Part shown: positions 17,324 to 25,009 of the stretch, piece after piece
How positions within the stretch are numbered: position 1 is the stretch's first letter
Layout: each line of letters opens with the position of its first letter
Source: Promethearchaeota archaeon
GTDB lineage: Archaea > Asgardarchaeota > Lokiarchaeia > Sigyniarchaeales > SOKP01
Reading direction: 5' to 3'
DNA length: 32,000 nucleotides
NCBI GenBank assembly: GCA_030606485.1
Contig: JAUWGH010000007.1
Span: 120,001 to 152,000 of the forward strand
Position numbers and translations under genes: made by a program
Notes under the pieces: model-generated
What the model was told of the DNA's origin: nothing
The model's database searches: none
Seen by the model: only the letters and a program-made list of their open reading frames with translations

Positions 17324-18391
17324 ATGGAATCAGAGAATATAATCTTTTCTGTAGAAAGAATAAAAGAATTAACTAATTCTATAGATACAATTCAAGGAAA
17401 ATTAAATTTAATTAATAAGTTATATCTCATTTATAAAGAAGCACTAAAAAATTTACTCAAAAAACCAAATCTAATGGAGAATGACAGAATAAAATTTTTT
17501 AATGACTTAGATAACTTATTAGAAGCAATCTATTCAAAATTATCCAAAAACTCTGAATTTAACTTAGAAAATTGGTTATTATTTAAAGATTTACTATTAT
17601 CTCAGCATATACTTACAATAAAAAACATTTTAACAGAAAAAAAATTTTCTCAAGAATCTCTAAAAAAAGTTGGTATTTCATTAATTAAAAACAAGAGAGT
17701 ATCATCTTTTTTAGAAAAAATAAGTTTTATTTTTTCACTCGATATTGATTTTTGGGAATTAATAGTTAATGCATTAAAAAATAATCCTGATTTTTTAAAA
17801 ACCATAAATAAAATAAAAAAATTTTGTCAAAATGAGATGGAACGACTATTAAATATTGAACTAAATAAAATTCCTAAAAACATTGACTATAAAATTATTA
17901 ATGAGTTTAAAAAAGAATTCAAAAAAAAAAATATTTCTTTTAAAGAATTCATGATAACTTCAAAATCCAGATTTCCTAAAAAGAAATTTGCCCGAGAAAA
18001 GATTACTTTAGAAACTAAAAAGAAAAAGAATGAATTTGATAGATTAAAAGAAAAACAAGATACACGATTCAAATCTTATGATAAATTATTTACTCTTTCT
18101 GAAGACGAATTTCAAAGATTAAAACGTAAAAAAAAAAGAAAAAAATTAGATTCTTCATCAAAATTAGAAAAAAAAGAGCATGCCTCTCCTGATAAAAAAA
18201 AGGAGATAGATAAAAAAAAAGAATCAACCCAAACTCCAAAACAAGATATATTTAGCAGAGAAATAAAAGAAAATATTGAAGATGACATCGATCCTATAGA
18301 AGTGATTAAAAAAAGAAAGCAAAAAAAGGAAGAAGAATTTGAAAAATATTTAAATAAAATTCAGAAAAAAACTAAAAGAGGTTCAGACTAA
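17324..18391 (+). CDS. Hypothetical protein: helical N-half, Lys/Glu-rich low-complexity C-half
   Basis: 355-aa ORF with poly-basic stretches such as KRKKKRKK. Confidence 0.75.
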   Translation: MESENIIFSVERIKELTNSIDTIQGKLNLINKLYLIYKEALKNLLKKPNLMENDRIKFFNDLDNLLEAIYSKLSKNSEFNLENWLLFKDLLLSQHILTIKNILTEKKFSQESLKKVGISLIKNKRVSSFLEKISFIFSLDIDFWELIVNALKNNPDFLKTINKIKKFCQNEMERLLNIELNKIPKNIDYKIINEFKKEFKKKNISFKEFMITSKSRFPKKKFAREKITLETKKKKNEFDRLKEKQDTRFKSYDKLFTLSEDEFQRLKRKKKRKKLDSSSKLEKKEHASPDKKKEIDKKKESTQTPKQDIFSREIKENIEDDIDPIEVIKKRKQKKEEEFEKYLNKIQKKTKRGSD

Positions 18392-19953
18392 TTAATTCTA
18401 ATTCATCTATAATAACAATTAAAGATTTTTCAGTGGAGATAAAAAATAAATTTAATATTATTCAAGGCAAATTTCTTTCTCAGGATTTAAATCAACTTCA
18501 ATTAGGAAATTATATCTCCCTTCTTGATGATATTCCAAAAATTAACTTAGAAAAGTTACAAATTTTATATAAAAAAAATTCAAAAGGACAGAAAAATCTG
18601 ATTGACAATATTAATTTTATTGAAATTATAGCAAAATATACTCAAATAACTCAAAAAGATATTGAATTTTTAGATAAATATCTCTCTTTTTTAGAAAGTT
18701 GTATTTCACTCTTAAAATTAAACCAGCTCAATCTTGAAAAGAAAAAATTAAAAACCGAACTAAAAATTGCCCAAGAAAGAAATAAATCAGCAGAAATTGC
18801 TGCTAAAATAACTCTATTAAATAAATTAAATGAATCGATTAATGAATATCATACTAGATTAAAACTTTTTGAAGAGGATTTTTTATCCATCAAAAATCAA
18901 AAAAAAATGCTTGAATTAAATCTCGAGAATTTAAAAAAAACACAAATTATATTGAAAAAAGAACAAAAGGACATTTTTAATCAAATTAATATTCTTACAC
19001 GAGAAGAAGAAAACCAGAGTGATAATCAAAATAAAAAAATTGAAACTTTAAGGAAAAATGCAAAAATTTTAAGAGATAAAATTAACAATCTCAAGCAAAA
19101 AATTGAAAATTCCCAATATAAATTAAATCAAAATATGCCAAAATTTAAAGAATTTGATAAAATTTATCATAACTTAAAAGAAAATCTTGAAATTGATAAA
19201 AAAAAAATGAAAAATCTTCAAATGGAATTAGAAGAAGTTATTGATTTAGATAAATTGGATGAAGAAACAGAATATGGTTTAAAAGAACTATCTTATATAA
19301 GGCCGATAAGCTTAATCAAATCAAGTATTAATAACATCACTAAAGAAATAAAAAAAATTGAAAGTTTCAATCATAAGTATTTTAAAAATGAAAATGATCT
19401 CTTAATAAAGGATTTAGAGCAGTTTAAATCCAATTTAGACGACTTTTTTTCGAAAGAGTTGAAAGAATTCGATATTAATGAGCTTAAAAGCAAAATAAAA
19501 TCTTTAAATAAATTAGGTATTTGGCTATATAAGTTCCAAAAATTACTAAATATTTTTTTGGAAACGATTAATTTAAAAATCTCTATTGATTTTTTTTTTA
19601 ATTTGACACCAAATTTTGCTAAAAATAGTCAGATTATTATAAATTTCAAACGTGTTAAGGAAGAAGCTGTCAAATATGATAATTTGACTACTCCTGAGAA
19701 GGTATTTTTTATTATATGTTTTTATTTAACCATTGAAAGCCTTAAAAATAAGAGAAACATCATTTTCACAAATCTTTCAATACCTAAGGATTATAACAAA
19801 AAAGGTTCTATTTTTAGAACTTTAACAAAAATTATGCCCGTTTTTAATGAAAGTCCAGATTTAAAGGAGAAATCATTAACTTTTCTAATTTCTGGATTTA
19901 AACTATCGAAAGATATCAAAAATGTTCAATTATATAACATAAATAATACTTAA
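18391..19953 (+). CDS. SMC-like coiled-coil protein with degenerate (inactive) ABC-ATPase head; probable ATT start (track start 18433)
   Basis: N-term IITIKDFSVEIKNKFNIIQG resembles the SMC head strands without a P-loop. A long coiled coil follows. C-term LTTPEKVFFIICFYLTI...IIFTNL aligns by eye to LSGGEK...ILDEI. Confidence 0.7.
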   Translation: MNSNSSIITIKDFSVEIKNKFNIIQGKFLSQDLNQLQLGNYISLLDDIPKINLEKLQILYKKNSKGQKNLIDNINFIEIIAKYTQITQKDIEFLDKYLSFLESCISLLKLNQLNLEKKKLKTELKIAQERNKSAEIAAKITLLNKLNESINEYHTRLKLFEEDFLSIKNQKKMLELNLENLKKTQIILKKEQKDIFNQINILTREEENQSDNQNKKIETLRKNAKILRDKINNLKQKIENSQYKLNQNMPKFKEFDKIYHNLKENLEIDKKKMKNLQMELEEVIDLDKLDEETEYGLKELSYIRPISLIKSSINNITKEIKKIESFNHKYFKNENDLLIKDLEQFKSNLDDFFSKELKEFDINELKSKIKSLNKLGIWLYKFQKLLNIFLETINLKISIDFFFNLTPNFAKNSQIIINFKRVKEEAVKYDNLTTPEKVFFIICFYLTIESLKNKRNIIFTNLSIPKDYNKKGSIFRTLTKIMPVFNESPDLKEKSLTFLISGFKLSKDIKNVQLYNINNT

Positions 19954-20484
19954 TTGAGAAAGAGAACAATGAATAATACAAATACAAACAAAAATGATAA
20001 TTTAGTGAAAAAAATTTCCAAAATTATTCTCATTAATGAAAAAAAAATGATAAGGGAAAGAGATCTTATTGAAATGTGCTCAAATCTAGAAAATTTTAAT
20101 GATATTATCAAAAAAGTACACAATAATCTAAAAAATATTGGATTTGAATTAGTGAAAACCTCGTACCTAGAAGAAAAATATTACATCTTGACAACTGAAG
20201 GTAAAGAAAAAGCCTTATCCCCTATTCATTATGGAATTCTCGCAATAATTATTGCTTTAAATAATGAAATAGGTGAAAATTTAAATTATTTCGAGTTAAA
20301 GAATATTCTAAAAGATGTATGGGAAAATGTTGAATATTTAATAAAAAATAATTATTTAGCTCAAATAAAGAGTAGAGATTATCATCTAATTAAAATTACT
20401 CCTATAGGTAAAGGTGTTTTAAAAAACATAATTTCTGAAATTAATTTAAAAAAAATTTTAGAACTTTTTGAAAAGACAAATTAA
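19954..20484 (+). CDS. Tandem winged-helix protein, kite (Nse3/MAGE/ScpB/MksE)-like
   Basis: FNDIIKKVHNNLKNIGFELVK...YYILT, then YGILAIIIAL and VEYLIKNNYL...IKITPIG. It abuts the SMC-like gene with 0 nt spacing. Confidence 0.65.
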   Translation: MRKRTMNNTNTNKNDNLVKKISKIILINEKKMIRERDLIEMCSNLENFNDIIKKVHNNLKNIGFELVKTSYLEEKYYILTTEGKEKALSPIHYGILAIIIALNNEIGENLNYFELKNILKDVWENVEYLIKNNYLAQIKSRDYHLIKITPIGKGVLKNIISEINLKKILELFEKTN

Positions 20485-20921
20485 ATACTCTTACCTTCCT
20501 TAAGATCAAGAACAAATTGTTCAGAAATTTTCTGTATTCTTTCTGCTGAGGGTCCTTCCCCAATCACTTCGATTTCTCCATCTTGTTCCTTAACCTTTAT
20601 TTTTCCATTTAAAATACTTATTATCGATAATTCACTTTGATAATCAACATGTCCTTTAGGGAATATTTTAGCGATTCTATCTGCCAATGCTTCCATAGGA
20701 AACGGCTCTTCTTCCACTGTAATCATTCTCCATACACCTGAGTGAATAATAACCTTAGGTATTACTGCTCCTTTCTCGGTTTTAGCATTCTCAATTATAA
20801 TATCACCAGAATCGGAAACGCCTTTAAGAGTTCCCACGAAAAATTTATCATCAGTTATATGAATTTTTACAAGTCCATCCAATAGATTACCAAGTTCTTG
20901 ATTATAATTTCTAAGCATCAT
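20481..20921 (-). CDS. Sm-like protein with C-terminal domain (SmAP3 type)
   Basis: Sm fold VKIHITDDKFFVGTLKGVS...IIIENA...VIIHSG plus about 70-aa C-terminal domain; 146 aa. Confidence 0.88.
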   Translation of the reverse strand: MMLRNYNQELGNLLDGLVKIHITDDKFFVGTLKGVSDSGDIIIENAKTEKGAVIPKVIIHSGVWRMITVEEEPFPMEALADRIAKIFPKGHVDYQSELSIISILNGKIKVKEQDGEIEVIGEGPSAERIQKISEQFVLDLKEGKSI

Positions 20922-21030
20922 AACAATTTATTCTAAGTTTTATTACAATTTATTCTTTTCTACTTTATCATATATCGAAAGGAAAGGTAGCCTCCCAAAA
21001 TTCCTTCAAATACAGTGAATTTCTAAAAAT

Positions 21031-22008
21031 TTAATCGAATTGTCGAAAACGAAATTTAGAATAGTATATCAAATATGATGCTAAAATTCCCCCCAACTCA
21101 CTGCAATAGATAACTATGTATATTGGACCATATAAAAATCCAAATATTAAACCAGGAATTAATCTTATTAAGACTAAGAATATTAATAGTATTTTTCCTG
21201 ACATTTTTACTGGAAAAAAGAAAACTAATAATGTAAATTGCCTGTTCAAATTGGGAAATACAAGAAATGATATTATTCCTAAAATTGCGCTCCATCCTAA
21301 TCCGATAGAATAATAAATGGAATCAATTTCATTTAAAGGATAAAGGGGCACTAATAGAAATCTAAATAAAAGAAAAATCAAACCAGCTAAAAGCCCAGAA
21401 AAAATATATAATCCCAATAATAATTTGGTTCCGTACATTTGTTCAATAGTTCTAGCCATATTATATAGAAAAAAAATCATAATAAATAAAAAAAATATCC
21501 CAAAAAATCCCTCAGCATAAATAATAAAGAGAGCCGTAAAAAATGTATGATAATAATAATTTAAAACACCATATCCACTTAAATTTAGATATTGTGGTAA
21601 AAAAAGTGCTATAATGGACATTATAACAAGTGCTATTACGATAAAATTAGTTCCATTCATTTGGCTTGATCTCAAAAAGGAAATAGGTGTTGTTTTCATT
21701 CTTTTCTTGTGTTCTTTTTCTCTTTTTTTGAAAATCTTTCTTATCTCCTTCTCACTTAGATATTCACCTTCCTTATATAGTCTTTTTGGAGAAATCTCTT
21801 TTTTTAATGAAAATTCTCTGGAAGTAATTGGAACTTCACTAAATTTTGGTATATGTTTTAACTCAAAAGTACATTCATGATTCTCGGGTAAGCGATGATT
21901 TTTACAAAAGTAATTTCCGCAATATCTACATTTAAATGGAAGGAAAGAAATATTCTCGTCGCAATATGAGCATTTTACCAATTTTTTTCCACCATTTAAA
22001 GTACTCAT
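21031..22008 (-). CDS. AN1-type zinc finger fused to a rhomboid-family membrane domain, probably catalytically inactive
   Basis: CSYC...[22 protein letters not shown]. Rhomboid [21 protein letters not shown] is present, with GWSA in place of GxSG and SELGG in place of AHLGG. Confidence 0.85.
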   Translation of the reverse strand: MSTLNGGKKLVKCSYCDENISFLPFKCRYCGNYFCKNHRLPENHECTFELKHIPKFSEVPITSREFSLKKEISPKRLYKEGEYLSEKEIRKIFKKREKEHKKRMKTTPISFLRSSQMNGTNFIVIALVIMSIIALFLPQYLNLSGYGVLNYYYHTFFTALFIIYAEGFFGIFFLFIMIFFLYNMARTIEQMYGTKLLLGLYIFSGLLAGLIFLLFRFLLVPLYPLNEIDSIYYSIGLGWSAILGIISFLVFPNLNRQFTLLVFFFPVKMSGKILLIFLVLIRLIPGLIFGFLYGPIYIVIYCSELGGILASYLIYYSKFRFRQFD

Positions 22009-22023
22009 TAATATATTATATTA

Positions 22024-23007
22024 TTAACTACCAAAATATGCAAAATGAAGTTCCGGGGTATAAATTATACTAAACACAACAATTGCTAGTATCCCGAGAG
22101 CAACAACTAAAAATATCCAGACTTCCTTTTTCCACTTAAATATATTTGCTCCATCTAAAATACCTATTGGAATTAAATTAAAAAGCCCCAATTGTGCATT
22201 GAAAAATGCAGCTAAGGCAACGAGCATATTTAAAGGATATATTGGAATAAATAATGATGATATAAATAAAATTAAGCCATAGATCAAGTTAACAAGCGGA
22301 CCAGCCATTTTACATTTTCCTGTTCTGTCACTTATTTCTTCTAATCCCAATACAACTACAGCGCCGGGTAAAGCTAAACTGGGAAAATTTATCCCTCCCA
22401 TTAATGTAAAAATACCCATGATTAAACCAAATGATGTTATTACCATTCCAAATGTTAATAATCTAAACTTTGTTTGCATTTTATAATGTTTTGCAACTTG
22501 CCGATGACCTAATTCATGAAATAGAAAGGCTGTAGTATAAAAAAATGCTAAAATAAATATGGTCCAGAGTAAACCCGATTCAGCTAGTTCGCGACGGAAA
22601 AAGCTAATAAAACCAATTACATAAATTAATGCCGCTCCGATGGCAAAATGAGTAAATTCCGACTTTTTTTGCCATAAAATTCCCGAAAATGTTATACCGG
22701 AATCAGGATCAAAAGCATTTTCTGGTATTTGACTCTCTTGATGATACCAAGTGAAACTTCCGTCTGTTCTGCCCCTATCATGAATACTTGAATCAGTGAC
22801 AGAGGAACTATAAACAGGTTGAGGCTGAGACGGTTGTTGAGGCGTACTATATGAAACTGGGGGTGCCACTGAGGTCGTGTGAACCCCAATTATTGAAGTA
22901 CAATCGTGCATTCGAGGTTCTAAATGATAGGAACAGTACTTATTATGGCATTTTTCACATTCAAAAACTTCTAGAAAATCAAGACCACAAAAGTCACAAT
23001 TGGGCAT
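22024..23007 (-). CDS. AN1-like zinc finger fused to site-2 (M50) metalloprotease
   Basis: CDFC...CEKCHNKYCSYHLEPRMHDC; HELGH, AGPLVN, NLIPIGILDG. Confidence 0.92.
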   Translation of the reverse strand: MPNCDFCGLDFLEVFECEKCHNKYCSYHLEPRMHDCTSIIGVHTTSVAPPVSYSTPQQPSQPQPVYSSSVTDSSIHDRGRTDGSFTWYHQESQIPENAFDPDSGITFSGILWQKKSEFTHFAIGAALIYVIGFISFFRRELAESGLLWTIFILAFFYTTAFLFHELGHRQVAKHYKMQTKFRLLTFGMVITSFGLIMGIFTLMGGINFPSLALPGAVVVLGLEEISDRTGKCKMAGPLVNLIYGLILFISSLFIPIYPLNMLVALAAFFNAQLGLFNLIPIGILDGANIFKWKKEVWIFLVVALGILAIVVFSIIYTPELHFAYFGS

Positions 23008-23110
23008 ATTAAATCATGTACTTAAATACTATTAAATAATTCAAGGATATAATTATATAATTCTAAAATAATTAAAAGTATTAAATTTTATTTAGAATAT
23101 TTAGTCCTTT

Positions 23111-23130
23111 AACATAAAAAATTTTATGTT
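23111..23130. promoter_or_regulatory. Inverted repeat, candidate operator
   Basis: aacataaaa-aa-ttttatgtt: perfect 9-bp arms about 100 bp upstream of the M50 gene start. It is AT-rich, so chance is possible. Confidence 0.35.
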
Positions 23131-23180
23131 TTTAATTGTGAAAATTTTAAAACTAGAAATATATCTAAAAATCCGAGGTT

Positions 23181-23354
23181 TTATTTCTCCAGATTTTGTT
23201 TTTTCCAAAAAGAAATAGCCTTATCTACAGTATTTTGAGATAATCCTAACTTTTTATTATATTTAATTGATTTTTTTGATTGAAATACGAGTTTGGATTT
23301 AAAAAATTGATCTTTTCTAAAGAAAATATCCCAATCGTAAACACTTTCAGTCAT
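23181..23354 (-). CDS. Small 57-aa ORF or gene remnant with HTH-like segment
   Basis: Not in track: MTESVYDWDIFFRKDQFFKSKLVFQSKKSIKYNKKLGLSQNTVDKAISFWKKQNLEK. Confidence 0.4.
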   Translation of the reverse strand: MTESVYDWDIFFRKDQFFKSKLVFQSKKSIKYNKKLGLSQNTVDKAISFWKKQNLEK

Positions 23355-23605
23355 GTTGTAATATCTTTAGATATAATCTTAAAATTTTATATCAGTTAGA
23401 TGGTTTAGTAATTTTTGATTATATATTTAAAAAATCAAATAAGAAAAAATTTGAACTGAAATTTTTTGCTAAAACTTAGGAATTCAACCTATTAATTAGA
23501 TATGTCTCTTTTTACTATTTAAACAAATTCAAATTATTAAAAAGCTTTATTAATTTAAAAGATCAAATACTTTCATAAGAATACAATAAAATCAATGTGT
23601 CTAAT

Positions 23606-23749
23606 ATGAGTAAAAATGAGGAAAAAGGTACAAGTAAAGAAGAAGTTGATAAAGAGCGAGAAAAATTAAAGGAACTTGATTTAGAGGATAAAAGTAAGGC
23701 AAGCTGGGATATATTGACTAAATTAACTAAGAAGAAAAAGGAAGATTAA
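23606..23749 (+). CDS. Small 47-aa charged protein
   Basis: Not in track: MSKNEEKGTSKEEVDKEREKLKELDLEDKSKASWDILTKLTKKKKED; purine-rich coding-like composition. Confidence 0.65.
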   Translation: MSKNEEKGTSKEEVDKEREKLKELDLEDKSKASWDILTKLTKKKKED

Positions 23750-23770
23750 TTTTATCAGTTTTTAAAAAAA

Positions 23771-24049
23771 TCATAATTTCTCTATTTTCATAGTTTTGGA
23801 ACATTTTGGGCATATTTCGTCCTTTTCAGTTAATCTTACTTTAACAATAGTTTTCTGATATCCACATTTTTTATTCTGGCATTTTAATTTGAATTTTTGA
23901 AGCTTACCCAAAGGACTTTTTTTAATCAATATTTTCTTTTCATTAGATTTTGGCTCCTCATCCGCCGAATCTATTTTTACTTCTTTAATTTTTGGCAGTT
24001 TCTTTTTAGATTGTTCTTTTAACCACTTATCCAAGCTAATTTTAAACAC
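23771..24049 (-). CDS. Small Zn-ribbon protein
   Basis: CQNKKCG...CPKC at the C-terminus. The GTG start sits inside an AGGTG SD, so ATT at 24040 may be the real start. Confidence 0.8.
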   Translation of the reverse strand: MFKISLDKWLKEQSKKKLPKIKEVKIDSADEEPKSNEKKILIKKSPLGKLQKFKLKCQNKKCGYQKTIVKVRLTEKDEICPKCSKTMKIEKL

Positions 24050-24060
24050 CTAAAATTTTA

Positions 24061-24807
24061 TCAAATTATTTGTTTATATCCAATTTCTCTGGCTCTTACA
24101 TATATTTTATATGGTAAATTTTCATAATTGTTCAATATATCTTTAATTTCTTCAAATGAAGGCTCCTCAAATAGCTCCCTATAATTTTCTCCAACACCAT
24201 CTGAATATTGATATTGTTGAATAACATAATCCCCAGTGAAATTAATTTTTTTTAAATAATTCATAATACTTTTTAAATCATCTGGAGTATGTAATTTCTT
24301 TATATAAGTTGTTCTTATTTCAAATTGAATGTTTTTTGAACTTTGAACGATTTTTATTGTATCTTTTATTTTTTGAGGATCTAAATTTGTAATAATTATT
24401 TGTTTTAACCTATTGCCATTTAATTCTAGTGGAGCTTTTAAATCTAATGCAATTCGATTAACGTAAGGCAATAACAATTTAATTATTTCTGGATGTGATC
24501 CGTTTGTATCTACACTAACCAATTTCTTTATTTCTTTTAATATTTTACAGAGGGGTATAATATCTATTTGTAGAGTTGGTTCTCCTCCTGTTATAGAGAC
24601 TCCATCAATTAAAAAATTTTTTTCTATTCTATTTCGTATTGAATTAATATTCCAATCCTCTCCAGCAGTAGGGTCTAATAACGGTTTATTATGGCAAAAT
24701 TTACATTTGTAATTACATCCTATAGTAAAAATTACAGAAACAACCTTTTTAGGCCAATCTTTAGTGGATACATCAATAATTCCGCCTATTCTCAAAAAAT
24801 CACTCAA
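24061..24807 (-). CDS. nrdG: Anaerobic ribonucleotide reductase activase-like radical SAM protein (NrdG/PflA family)
   Basis: STKDWPKKVVSVIFTIGCNYKCKFCHN, GVSITGGEPT, VDTNGS, FEIRTT. Confidence 0.85.
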   Translation of the reverse strand: MSDFLRIGGIIDVSTKDWPKKVVSVIFTIGCNYKCKFCHNKPLLDPTAGEDWNINSIRNRIEKNFLIDGVSITGGEPTLQIDIIPLCKILKEIKKLVSVDTNGSHPEIIKLLLPYVNRIALDLKAPLELNGNRLKQIIITNLDPQKIKDTIKIVQSSKNIQFEIRTTYIKKLHTPDDLKSIMNYLKKINFTGDYVIQQYQYSDGVGENYRELFEEPSFEEIKDILNNYENLPYKIYVRAREIGYKQII

Positions 24808-25009
24808 CTATAGATTAACTTTTTTTTCCTCATATGATATTCTGTTTAGTCTTTACTGATATTATTCCTTATGTTTATTCATATTTACCTTAATTAACTT
24901 GACAAGAATAACTGATAAAAATTTCCATGTTAATTTTAAAGTATCAATTAATTTATAAAAAATAATATAAAAAAATTAAAAAAATTCTTAATGCTCTAAT
25001 ATTTCCAAA

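Noticed and set aside
11608-20484. Calling the cluster Wadjet/MksBEFG
   Set aside because: No Toprim nuclease (JetD/MksG), the SMC-like protein lacks ATPase motifs and is far too short, and gene content differs.
20976-21012. SECIS element or selenocysteine readthrough
   Set aside because: GA pairs are not positioned as a SECIS core, and the TGA-ending ORFs examined (e.g. 3295, 8066) hit another stop within 1-2 codons.
23414-23439. tttgatt...aatcaaa inverted repeat, and aattatataatt palindrome at 23051-23062
   Set aside because: Short and nearly all A/T, expected by chance at this base composition.
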